In this document: one piece after another, positions 52,136 through 64,000 of the stretch | Layout: each line of letters starts with the position of its first letter | Position numbering within the stretch: the first letter of the stretch is position 1 | Assembly: GCA_024137785.1 (NCBI GenBank) | Contig: JAHRHZ010000059.1 | Span: 26,378,559-26,442,558 of the forward strand | Direction of reading: 5' to 3' | Origin: Ginglymostoma cirratum | Taxonomy: Eukaryota | Length of the DNA: 64,000 nt | The notes under the pieces: model-generated | Seen by the model: only the letters and a program-made list of their open reading frames with translations | Database searches by the model: none | What the model was told of the DNA's origin: nothing | Made by a program: the position numbers and the translations under genes

Positions 52136-52264
52136 CATTGCTTTCTGTCCTTGAGGTAGGGGCACTTTGCAGCAACCTCTATCCCTCCCTGAACCACCCT
52201 TTCAGTGACCACCCTCTGACATCTGCAACCCCCACCCACCCCGCACCCACAGTCACCCCCTCAG

Positions 52265-53122
52265 TGATCTGGACTCTCCCTGATCCGGACTCTCACTGAT
52301 CCGGTCTCTCGCTGATCCAGACTCTCTCTGATCTGGACTCTCACTGACCCAGATTCTCCCTGACCCGATCTCTCACTGACCTGGATTCTCTCTGACCCTG
52401 ACTCTCACTGACCCGGACTCTCGCTGATCCAGTCTCTCACTGACCCGGACTCTCACTGACCCAGACTCTTACTGATCCGGTCTCTCACTGATCCGGACTC
52501 CCTCTGAACCAGACTCTCCCTGACCCAGACGCTCCCTGACCCAGACTCTCCCTGTCCTGGTCTCTCGCTGACCCAGACACTCACTGATCTGGTCTCTCGC
52601 TGATCTGGACTCTCACTGATCCGGACTCTCCCTGATCTGGTCTCTTGCTGATCCGTTCTCTCGCTGATCTGTTCTCTTGCTGATCCGGTCTCTCACTGAT
52701 CCGGACTCTCCCTGATCTGGACTCTGACCCAGACTCTCCCTGATCCAGGCTTTCGCTGATCTAGACTCTCACTGATCTGGACTCCCCCTGACCCAGGCTC
52801 ACCCTGACCCGGACTCTCGCTGATCCAGACTCTCACTGATCCGGACTATCCCTGATCCGGTCTCTTGCTGATCTGTTCTCTCGCTGATCCGTTCTCTCGC
52901 TGATCCGGTCTCTCCCTGATCCGGACTCTCCCTGATCTGGACTCTGACCCGGACTCTCACTGATCTGGACTCGCCCTGATCTGGACTCTGACCCGGACTC
53001 CTGCTGATCCGGACTCTCCCTGACCCAGACTCTCACTGATCCAGACTCTCACTGACCTGGACTCTCCCTGACCCAGACTCTCACTGACCCGGACTCTCAC
53101 TGACCAGGGCTCTCCCTGATCC
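52265..53122. repeat. 16-bp minisatellite (CTGAYCYRGACTCTCN), roughly 54 units
   Basis: TGATC recurs at 52265, 52281, 52297, 52313 and 52329, and the pattern continues to about 53120. Confidence 0.95.
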
Positions 53123-53604
53123 ATCTCCTCCCTGTTCCTCTAATCCCTGGCTCCATTGCTTGTGGATTCGCTCTCTCCTAAGCACTGAGTATGAACTGTG
53201 GAGTGTGATGTAGGAAGCAGGAGGGACAGTGTCAACACTGAGGAAGTGTCACAGTCTCCTCAAGTCGGTTTGTGATTAACCTCACACCTTTTTTGATCAG
53301 AAATCTCATGGAAATAGATCCTTAATCCTGACAAAAAGAGAACCTATGCCATGATGGCTTGATCATGTGGGGACAGAGGGTCATCATGTGACTCCTTGCT
53401 GTCACACATGGGTTGTGAACTCTGCTGGTAAGACCAATACTGATTGTTCAACCCCACTTGTTCTTGTCAGGGTTAGGAATGAGCTTTAACCTTTTCAGGT
53501 GTCTGTGAGTTGAGTAACTGATGGGTATGTGCCACAACTTTAGAACTTCCTTGCTTTTTTGTGCCAAGTGGGATACGGTGATACCGCACACCTCACACAG
53601 CATT

Positions 53605-53849
53605 CAGAGACAGCAAGAACTGCCAATGCTGGAGTCAGAGCCAACACAGTGTGGAGCTGGAGGAACACAACAGGTCAGGCAGCATCAGAGGTGCAGAACA
53701 GTTGATGTTTCGGGTCGGGACCCTTTATCAGAACTTGTAAAACCATACTGTGAAGCCAGTTCTGATGAAGGGTCCTGACCCGAAATGGTGACTTTCCTGT
53801 TCCTCTGATGTTCTGACCTGCTGTGTTCCTCCAGCTCCACACTGTGTTG
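53605..53849 (-). mobile_element. Complete fold-back element, copy D, with two head-to-head hammerhead-like cores
   Basis: Inverted arms of about 90 bp, a spacer of about 25 nt and a 37-nt tail. TSD CCTCACACWGCATT at 53591-53604 and 53850-53863. Cores at 53704-53731 (-) and 53762-53789 (+). Confidence 0.8.
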
Positions 53850-56674
53850 CCTCACACTGCATTGTCTGGACTTTTGTGCTGAACTGAGCAAGTGTGAATG
53901 CCAGAATTGCTGCTCAGTTTATCCTTTAATAACAGTAGGCTCTGCTGTCCTAACCATTTCTTCATCTCAAAAATCTGAACAAGTCTGTGAAGGTGGGAGC
54001 TGAGATTCACTCTTGCCTATTCGTCAGTTCATTTCTGTCAGGGGCATAAGAGGCAAAATTCATTCACTTCTCATTCCATATAAATGACCATGACTCTGAA
54101 GCTTGTCTTCGCTATAATGTCACTTTGTTAACTTATTTGGAACAGCTCCTTGTCCCTTAACATGGAATCTTTGATTTAAACCACAAAAAATATATAGCCG
54201 TGCAATCAAGTTAAGAATGTTATCTGGTTAATGGATTGGAGCTACATTTTCCTTTTAAGAATTTTTTTTTTAAATTTATGTAAGTTTCTTCATTTTGGTC
54301 CCTTCTTAATTCTAATTAATCTACTTTACGCTTTTACTGTCACCAGAATACCTTCTTTTACAATATTCAGCATTTCTGGTGACATTTATCCCAGTGGAGA
54401 AGATACAGTCTCATTCCATTAATATGGCATTGATTAAGCATCTTTGTCTCCCTATCCCTACTCCCATTCATTGGTCCATGAATCAGTCTGAGGACCATAG
54501 TGGCTTAGACAGGGTGGAAGTGACAGATAGAGTTAATTACTTGCTTAGCTCATTCCGTATTAGAACTGACAATTATGTTTGTCTTCCATTTTTGCACCTT
54601 TTCATGCCTTAATGTGCAGAGCTGGGATTTCCCTTGGGTGGGAATGCAATGTGTTTGTACTTAACATCAGTGTACAGCAAGCCTGACATTCAATTTCACT
54701 GCCCTCTGCAGAGCAACAACAGAAGCCTGTAACAGGCAGTGGACGTAATATCACACGCTTTGTGTTAGCGACCCAATGTAATTTCCGACCTGCAGTGTCA
54801 TACTGGGGTCCACACTTATCAGTCATTACTCCAACTGCTCCCAGCTGGCTAGGCTTTATGAATGATCCTTTATATCGAGGGGTTTTAGGATTGTCAACTA
54901 TTGAGAGAATTCGCAAGAAAAGTCAACAAGGTTCCAGCCTGGCCCTTTCCTCATCCAACACCTGTCCGTGCTTGTGACCTTTTAATTCATTCATGGAATG
55001 CAGGCATCAGTGGCAAGGCCAGCATTTGTATCCCATCCCTAAATACCCTTAAGAAGGTGTCTGAGCTACATTCTTGAGCTATTGCAGTCCCGTTGCAAAT
55101 CACGTATGACTTGCTTGGGGCATTTCAGAATTCGTTTTAGAGTCCACCACATTTCTCTAGGTCTGGAGTCAAATGTAGGCCAGACTGGATAAGTTCAGCA
55201 GATTTCCCTCCCTGAAGGACATTCATGAGGCAGCTGGGGTTTTAAGTCAGTCTGGTACGTTCATATTTCGCAGCAGGAGGCATTTGGCAAGAGAAGGTTG
55301 CACAGTGGTAATGGTCACTGAGCCACTAATACAGAATTATGGACTCAAATCTCACCATGGCCAATGCTGTGTGGTACATGAGTATCTGCATGGAACCAAA
55401 GCAATGTGCAAAGGACAAATCAATCATTGAAAGTGCAAGACATTAATTTGAGGCCCCTCATCAGAATTGCTGGAAGTTCTTAGTTGTTATGGGTTGTTTG
55501 GGTGAGTCATACTTAAAACATTCAGTTTACCAAAGTTTTAATCCACTAAAAGTAGATTTGTTTCACATTTTGAACTGTGACTTTTTCCTATCTCAAATTC
55601 TAGTCTAATGAATGCAGGATTCCAATTTATACAAATTGGAGTTCATTTTGACTGTTCTCGAGAGTGAACTGGGTGATGGGAGCTTTATCAGAGGCAGGCA
55701 GTGATGGTGCAGTGTCATGCCACTCGGCGAGTAATTAGGAGGCCTCAGGCTAATACTTGAGGGGCATGAGTTTAATTCTCATTGCATCAAGCTGGAATTG
55801 AAAGCTAGTGTCAGTGACGATGACAACTGTTAAAATATCAACCTGTCCAGTTCACTAATGAAGGAAATCTGCCATTCTTACCCAGTGCGGTCTACATGTG
55901 ACTCCAAACCCAAAGCAATGTGGTTGATTCTGAACTGCCCCAGCAAGCCATGCAGTTTAGGGGCAATTGGGGATGTGTAACAAATGGTGGCCTTATGCCC
56001 ATGTCCCATTGGAAGAATAAATTTAAAGAAGCAAAGTGGATGTCAGTTTTTTTTTTATATTGCCTTTTTAATACCACAATGATACGCAAAATTACCCTGG
56101 GTCCTAAAGAGTCAAAAAGTTACAGCTTCAAATGTGAGGAAAATGTTCTGTACTGCCTTTGAATAAAACTGGATATCTTTGTAATGTGAAGGCTGATAGG
56201 GGATGCCAAGTGTCATACTAATGCTGTCATCCTTGATCCCAAGGGACCACCTAAGGGAAAGAAAGGAAAAAGGTTCTAATCCACCGTGTGACACATTCAT
56301 AAAGGTGGTCTCATTTCAAATCAAACTGGATACAGCCAGAATCTCTATATGGTACTTTTGGGAGTGTGATTATTACTCTCAACAGTGCAGTATAACTCGA
56401 GTAATACTTTAAAAGCACCCTTGAGTTTCTTTCTAACTTTGAATGATCTACCAGACTATAACTTCCCTACAATAAATACGTGATTCTATCTTTATTTTTC
56501 GTGCAGGGATTGAAAATCGATTGGGAGAAATGTTCTTTTGGAGTTTATGTCTGTTGCGGGTGGTGATCTGATTGTACAGTAATGTCAGTCAGATTCAAAG
56601 CATTAACCCTACAGCATTCAACAACTAAGACCAAAAAAAAATAGTTTTGCATCCAGAATATTGCTACTTTATTG

Positions 56675-57200
56675 GAGTTCACAGAATCACAGATTTGTTA
56701 CCATGCAGAAGGAGGCCATTCAGTCCACTATTTCTGCACTGAATCTTCAGGCGAGCATCATTACCTGCCTTTACCCCATAAACCTGCGCACTCTTTCTAT
56801 CCAAATAATCATCCAAGGTCCCTCTTGAATGTGTCAACTAAACCTGTCTCCACCACATTTCCAGGAAGTGTATCTGGGCCCTAACTACAAACTGTGTTAA
56901 AAAGATTTTTTTCTCACCCTTGCTTCTTTTGCACATCATTTTAAACACACACCCTCCTGTTCTTGTTTATTTTACAAATGAGAACAGCTTTATCTCAACA
57001 ACTCTATATAGACCACTCGCGATTTCAAAACCCTCCACCATATCTCCTCTCAGTCTTCTCTTCCCCACAGAGAACAGTCTCAACTTCTCCAATCACTCCT
57101 CATCACTGAAGTTTCTTATTCCTGGAACCGTTCTTGTAAATCATTTTTGCTCTTTCAACGTGTACATGTCTTTCCTATAATGTGGCGCCCACAAACACAC
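56675..57200 (-). mobile_element. CR1 LINE 3' fragment
   Basis: CAGAAGGAGGCCATTCAG tail plus reverse-complemented ORF2 C-terminus. Confidence 0.65.
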
Positions 57201-59234
57201 AGAGGCTACATTGAAACGTTCATCAGAAATGATTTCTTTACTCATATAAATTAATGTGGTTGATGAAAATGACTTGTATTTATGTAACTCATCTGCATGG
57301 CAAAATGGCCCAAGTTGCTTTGGAGGAGAATGATAAATTAAGAACTGAGACTGGTCCACATTGAGACATTGTGTCAGATGGTCAAAAGCGTGGACAAAGA
57401 GATAGATCTAAGGGGTATCTTTATGTAGATAGACAGATGGAGAAGTTTAGTAGGGGCGGGGTGGGAGTTGGTGTGGAATGGGGAATGTTCCAGAGCTTAT
57501 GATCCAGACAGCTGAAGGTTTGGCAACCAATGATGGGAGGTAATTACAAGCAATATGTCAGACTTAGAGGACTGCAGATATCATTTGGAGGGTTTTAGTG
57601 GCTGGAGGAGATCACGGACAAGTGGGGTCTTGGTGGTTTTTGATCTCAAGGACGAGAATTTTAAAATGAAAGCATTTCTCCACCATAACCCAATGTGTGT
57701 CAGTTCTTGCAGAAAGTTGTCTCAGAATTCAAGGGCAATGAAGAGCCTAAAAGTGTGCAAAACTAAGTTACTAAAATGACATAATATCATTCCTTCCATA
57801 AAACTATGCGTTAAATAATATACATAGTCAGAGGAGAATTTGGGACAAGGTTTTGTGGATTCAGTGAATCACACAGTACATAAGAGGTGCTTTGAACCAT
57901 TTAGTCTGTACTGACAAAAAATCTCCATTGACACAAGATCCACTTTTCAGCTCTTAGCCCAGGTATATGATGCACAACATTGCAGTTAGGCCAAACATTA
58001 ACCTTTTGATGGGGATTGTTCAATGTCGTCTCTGTGTCTCTCCATTAAGATTTACCATCAATTTCCCCTTTAATTTCTGGCACTATTACCCCACTCTTTA
58101 AAACAGTGATTTTTTTTCTCAGGCTGCAGCTCCAGCACCAGCCATAGCCCTTAATTATCTGAATCAGTTAGCACTGCCTGTGTGTAGCAGTTTCCTACAA
58201 GTGGATATTATCAACCTGTTCAACACTGCAACTTTTACTCGGCAACTTAGAGTCAATTCCAACGGGAGCCCAACTGAAATCAGCAAAGTCCAGGCATCAA
58301 ATACAAGATCATCCTGGTTTGCATGGCATGGTGCCACATTGTGTTGTACATTTGCACAACCATGATATCAGTTTGGGTTTTTTTATCTGCATCTTCACAC
58401 TGCTACTTCATAACAACCTGTCCATCATTTTGAACTTGCTGAAATGCACTGCATAATTCATAATTATTTAACATACATTACGTAGTCGCTTTTCCAAAAG
58501 AGTTATAAAATTAACATGAATCTCCTGACCTTACATATATTATTAATATTTGTTGAAAATGAAAAAAAGTCTTGGGATATTGTTTTACAAGTGCCACTCA
58601 GTAAAGACACTGAAAATGTTCATCTTGTCACATTTAACTAGGGACAAATTATCTTTCATTAATTTCTCAACAGGATAATATATTCTTATGTTAAATAGTG
58701 CATTAGCTAAAAGCATTTCTATAAATCTTTTCTGCTCTTAAACTGCTTCATCACTTCATTAATTTATAGTACGCTGATAGTCATGAGTGACATCATTTTA
58801 AACATTATTGTATGATTAGCTTTTAAACTGCAGCAATCATGTAGCTACTTTTGGAATTTATTATAACAGATCTCGAACATGTTTAGCTATTGGCACAGTT
58901 AAAATACGAGAATTGGGTCTGGAAATTATCTTATTTTTAATGTATGTTATTATATTAGTGTTTGTACATCCATCCCATTGGTATAATGTTCTGTTCTCTG
59001 TTTTAATAGAGATTTGGCCCATTTATTTCAGATGGTGTAAAGCTTCCCAGTAAAATGTAGGAGGAAGGCATGTTGTAGGACTGCCTTAAGGGTTAATATG
59101 CACCATCTTCACTCATAATGAAACGATTTGTGCCTGGTCATAACTGAACTTAGACAACATTTAACTTGGGCTGCTAACACCACCAAAGTGATTGACTTTG
59201 TCAATGTCTTATCCTCAACAGGAAATAAGTCTTC

Positions 59235-60450
59235 CCAAGAACAGAAGAAATAGGAGCAGGAGTGGGCCATTTGGACTCTGAAGCCTGCCCTGCTATTCGA
59301 CACGATCATGATTGATTTGTACTGTTCTTTGTTCTTCAGAAGTTTACAACTTTATGAGAAGCATGGATAGGGTTAGGGTTAGGGTTAGGGATAGATAGCC
59401 GGAGTCTTTTACCCAGATTAGAAATGTCAAATATGAGGGGACATAGGTTTAAGGTAAAAGGAGGAAATTTTAAAGGAGATGTGAGGAGCAATTTTTGTTT
59501 ACACAGAGGGTGGTAAAGTGCCTGGAAAATGCTGCCAGAGGAGGTGGTGGAGGCGGATACAATAAACAAAATTTAAGAGGCATCTTGACAAATATATGAA
59601 TAGGCAATGAATAGAGGGATATTGACTGCTCAGAGACTAAGGAGTTTAGTTTAGAAAGGAATCATGTATCTGTGCAGTCTTGGTGGGCCAAAGGGCCTGT
59701 TCCTGTGCTGTACAGTTGTTTGTTCTTTGTTTTACCCCAGGACTCAATATAGCCCTCACTCCCGTATGTTGCAAAAATCTAACTAACCATTAAATATTTT
59801 CAGTGATTTAGCCCCCACAACTCTCTGAGGTAGCGAATTCCAGACATCCACTACCCTGTGGGAGAAGAAATCCCTTTGTATCTCAGTTTTAAATGAGTGC
59901 CTCCTTATTCTGTTGTTGTGTTCCTTCTTTCAAAATTCTCCCATAAGTGGAAACATCTTCTCAACATTTAAGCTGTTAAGCCATCTTAGAATCTTGTATA
60001 TTTCAATAACATCATTTCTCATTCTTCTAAACTCTAATAAATAAAGGCCTGACCTGTTAGCTACTCTCAATAAGCCATTCCCTTTACCCCAGGAGTCAGC
60101 CTAGAAAATCACCTTTGAACTTCCTCCAATGCCAGTGTATGTGTTCGGCTTTTCAAGATGCTCCTGACATATCTTCCTTAATGATGGAATCTAGCATCTT
60201 CCTAATAGTAGATCTTAAACTAACTGGTCTACAGTTTCCTACTTTCTATCTCCCTCCCTTCATGGACAAGGCCATCACTTCTTAGAAAAGTCTCATTAGT
60301 TCGTCAAACTACTTTCCCTTATGATGGAGACTGTTACAAGATCTTTCTTCCAGTTAACACCTTGCCAGTGTGATTTCCTTGGGATGCTTAGAATGTTCTC
60401 CATCATGAAGACCATTGTAAAATATTTTTTTAAATTATCTGCTGTTTCCC
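59235..60450. mobile_element. Minus-strand CR1 fragment with a nested plus-strand CR1 3' end (about 59335-59730)
   Basis: Two oppositely oriented CR1 tails; the host sequence resumes after 59730. Confidence 0.7.
59369..59390 (+). repeat. Short interstitial telomeric sequence AGGG(TTAGGG)3
   Basis: Read directly from the sequence; it sits inside a CR1 3' fragment. Confidence 0.9.
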
Positions 60451-60454
60451 TCAT

Positions 60455-60765
60455 CCATAGAATCCCTACAGTGTGGAAACAGGCCCTGTGGCCCAACAAG
60501 TTCACCTTAACCCTCAGAGCTTCCCACCCAGACCCATCCCCCTAATCTACACATCCCTGACCACTATGGGCAATTTAGCATGGCCAATCCACTTAGCCTG
60601 CACATCTTTGGACTGTGGGAGGAAACCAGAACACCCAGAGGAAACCCATGCAGACATGGAGAGAATGTGCAAACTCCACACAGACAGTCACCCAAGGGTG
60701 GAATTGAACCTGGGCCCCTGGTGCTATGAGACAGCAGTGCTAACCACTGAACCACTGTGCCACCC
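60455..60765 (-). mobile_element. HE1-type V-SINE
   Basis: Same head, V-domain and tail as 8375-8693. Confidence 0.85.
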
Positions 60766-60959
60766 TAACCCTAATTCCCCAGTTGCTTCCTCCCAGGTTT
60801 CCACAAATACTGTAGCTATTCTCTTTCTCTTTATATACTCCCAGAAGATCTTGCTGTTTCCTGTTATATTTCTTGTCAATTTACTTTCATAATCAATATA
60901 CTCCCTGTTTCTTAGTTGTTTATGACATTCAGCACCACTTGTGATTCCTCAAATACTGA

Positions 60960-61355
60960 AGCAGTCCATTTCCAAATACAGCAAGTTCTGGACATCATCC
61001 AAATTGGGTTGACAAGTGGCAAGTGACATTTACTGCCACACAAGTGCCCAGCAATGAAAATCTTCAACCAGAGAGAAATTAACCAGCATCTCTTGACATT
61101 CTATTGTGTTACCATCGTTAAATCCCCCATTATCATGTTCCTGGGGGGATCACCATTGACCAGAATCTCAACTGGACTAGCCATATAAATACTGCTTCAA
61201 GAGCAGCCCAGAGGCTGGGAATCCAGCAGAGGGTGAATCACCCGCTGGCTTCCCAAAACCTATTCACCACATGTAAGGCACAAGTCAGGAGTGTGATGGA
61301 ATATTCTCTGCTTGCTTGGATGGGTTCAGCTCAACAACACTCAAGAAACTTGCCT
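60960..61355 (+). mobile_element. CR1-clade (Zenon-like) LINE fragment
   Basis: AAGGCACAAGTCAGGAGTGTGATGGAATA is shared with 48470-48500. Confidence 0.7.
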
Positions 61356-63087
61356 GGTTGTTAAGTACCCTCAAAATTCACTTCCTCCACCATCAGTACA
61401 CAAGGGATCTGGTGAATCTTCTGAGTAGCTGCTGCTTTGACATTTGATTTTGGGGCGCATGCAATATCGTATAAAAGGATAACAGTAGAGCAACAAATTG
61501 TGCTAAAGCTCATTGCAGCTGACTCCATAGTAACCACTTCTAACTGGGAGGGATCAACAAGAGTTAAGGCAACATATTGAAAGGTAGTTTCTCGTTGTTT
61601 CTCCAGTCTCCTGTTGCTTAACAGGAAGCAGCAAATTCCTATAAACATGCAATAGTCAGCTGGCTGCAACTCTAATCAGGTCCTGTCTTTTTTTTTTAAC
61701 TAAAACGAGTTACAAATTCTGGAAAAGTTGTCTAAGATTAGACACTCAGTTTTGATTATCCTGACAAAGTTTATTCAAAAATGTTTAGGAGCTCAGCTGA
61801 TTCTTTGAATGCTATTGTCTCTCCTGATGAAACCAATCTTCCAGACTTAGTAGGGGTTTGGATATATCAAAGAGAGTGTTGTGAATTTGTGGGGGATAAT
61901 TCATTTCACTGATGCAGTTTGAAATTCAACTCATGCCTCTTTAACATGAACAAATTGCTCTAAATCTGTGGCCTCTCATTTCTGATCCTTTTATGAATGG
62001 GACCAGTTACTCCTTATTCACAAAGTCCAGGCCCTTCAGGATTTAAAATTCCTTTATCATAATTCCTTTCAGCTTTTTCTCTCAAGAAACCAGTTCTAAC
62101 TCTCCAATCTATCAAGCAAGAGTGGTTATTTCCCTGCCTAGCTCCCTAGTAGATTTTTGTACTGGTCATTATTTGATATTGCTGCGTATTTGTTGAGACC
62201 AAAGTTGCACTGTATGCCTCTAGGTGGCACGTAATGTTAGGTGAAGTTTTAACTAATTCAAAACCCTTTGAACACGTATATGGAATTGAAATTGGATCAG
62301 TTGTATCACCTAATGTTACTGTAACTGTCGTGCATCTGATTCCCCGTCGTTGTGAATACATTACAACTGATAACCTGCTAACAGAAGCATGTATAGTGGT
62401 AAAGTTTGGCACCTTGTTGTGTAGTTGGTGAAATGGCCAAGGAGCAGAGGAAATGAAAAATTGGTCACATGTGAGTGGGTGAACATTGCTGCCCCATTGC
62501 TAAGATGCAGAATGGCTATGGAAGTGCTTGTTAAGAGAAGGTGGGCATGTATACATATAATGTATAATATAGTGCATGTATAATAGTGGTTCAGATGCTG
62601 CAATTTCTTTTGTTTCAGAAATATACTTCATTCATAAAAAAACTTTGCATTTATACACAGTCCCAAATGCAGTTTGGTTCTGTACAGTGACATATCAAGG
62701 AAACAAACAGACATTAGAATTTTACTCTATCCAAACAAACCAAAACCATCTATTGTACATTCAAGACTATAATTACATGCATTGAGGCACTAGGAGGGTT
62801 CAGTTACTGAAAGGACCCCAATTTAACTTCAGAACAAAGACCTCAGATACTGGTCTTTCCCCACCGTGCCTTGGCAGCAGCTGCTATTTCTCTCCAAAGA
62901 CCCAATTGATTTGTTGTGCTGTTATTGACATGGCCACTGAATGAAATAGTAACAAATGAGGCCATCATCTGCTGTTGATTCCTTGATAAACTAGTCAATA
63001 CTTTCCACTCCCTTTCCCCACAGCCCTGCAATTCTTTCTCCCTTCTTGCAATCCTCCAAATCTCTTTCAAATGCTCCTTTTGAATCT

Positions 63088-63978
63088 TGTAATGTAAGGT
63101 GTGTGATATATATGTTAATAGTGTTGATTTCAGAGTTTGGATTTTGAACTGGTGGCATGTGGATTTTGGTCTATCTAAATAATGGGGCTTAATGCTGAAC
63201 TTGTCAAACTCTCAGGAGCCTGGATTGTAAACCAATATCTGTTAGAAGAGACGACTGGGGCCCTCCTAGACTGATAATGGGCATTTGTTTCTAATTTGAA
63301 ATTTACGATCAGAAAGAGCTAGCATTGAAAGGCAGTAGCTTGCTTTCAAGAAGTGACTTCAAATTAGAAAGAAAAACTGGTTAGAAAGCTTTGGTGGGAG
63401 TTCATAGAAGACCTGGCTAAGGTTAGATGTAAGAAGAGTTTCTCCCGGAGAAAGGAGTTAGTTCAGAACTTTTAGGAAATAGGTAATCCCAGTGGAAGGA
63501 TTTTAGTCTGAAAATTCCAGACCAGAAGAGTTTGGTTACAATGCTGAAGTGGTTATTTGAAGTTAAGAAAATTCAAGCTCAATTGTGTGAACAATGAAGG
63601 AAAAGTTTTCAAAATATCAAAATTGGGAATTGGAAGAAAAAAATAAGGTCAAACCCATAGAAATGATGAAGAAGGAAACTCTCACTGGTATTTGAGTTCC
63701 ATTAAGTGACGATGTCGAGGATAGATGGGATGGTATACTTCTGTGTGTTTTGAAATTTCAAGTTGTCTTATATGTAAATAGCTTAGTTTGTTCTACTTTA
63801 TATTGATTTCTTTCATATAATAAACATTTGCTTTATTATTAAAACCAAATCTGTAGTATTGCATGCTCATATTTCAGTGGAAGTCTAGCATGATAAATAG
63901 ACAAAATAGAATCTATCAAGCCAGGTTTCATTCTGGGATCTGACTTGTCCAGTAGTGAAATCAGTTGGGATCATAACA
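63088..63978 (+). mobile_element. Solo LTR, 891 bp, probably Gypsy/Ty3 type
   Basis: TGTAATG...CATAACA inverted termini, exact 4-bp TSD ATCT (63084-63087, 63979-63982), AATAAA near 63818; it interrupts a CR1 tail. Confidence 0.75.
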
Positions 63979-64000
63979 ATCTGCTTCCAGCCCTCCTTCA

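Noticed and set aside
52833-53036. Repetitive ORF (ESPDQ repeats)
   Set aside because: Translation of the 16-bp minisatellite; unit length is not a multiple of 3.

Overview
Vertebrate genomic DNA, almost certainly from a shark or ray, judged from HE1/V-SINEs, DeuSINE tails and CR1 LINE ends. The only protein-coding gene is a TALE-homeobox Meis gene on the minus strand, best matching MEIS1. Coding exons 1-6 lie at 28180-24103 with canonical GT-AG sites. Exon 7 onward, including the homeodomain, was not found, so intron 6 extends more than 24 kb past the left edge. A roughly 20-kb transposon-free, CpG-retaining domain covers the promoter. It holds a PBX-MEIS decamer, a single 7-codon uORF, a perfect DR2 RARE, a second CCAAT-rich promoter-like element and a 44-bp minisatellite carrying MEIS sites. 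The flanks are full of nested SINEs, LINEs and solo LTRs. The most unusual signal is a family of at least 8 short non-coding insertions, most of them fold-back. They share a 3' end, have variable 7-17 bp target-site duplications and an unpaired tail of about 30-37 nt, and carry minimal type I hammerhead-ribozyme cores, head-to-head at the hairpin centre in two copies. They look like non-autonomous Penelope-like ribozyme retroelements. A perfect telomeric G-quadruplex 22-mer sits inside a CR1 fragment. Repeat boundaries are approximate and all family names come from recognition, not database searches.
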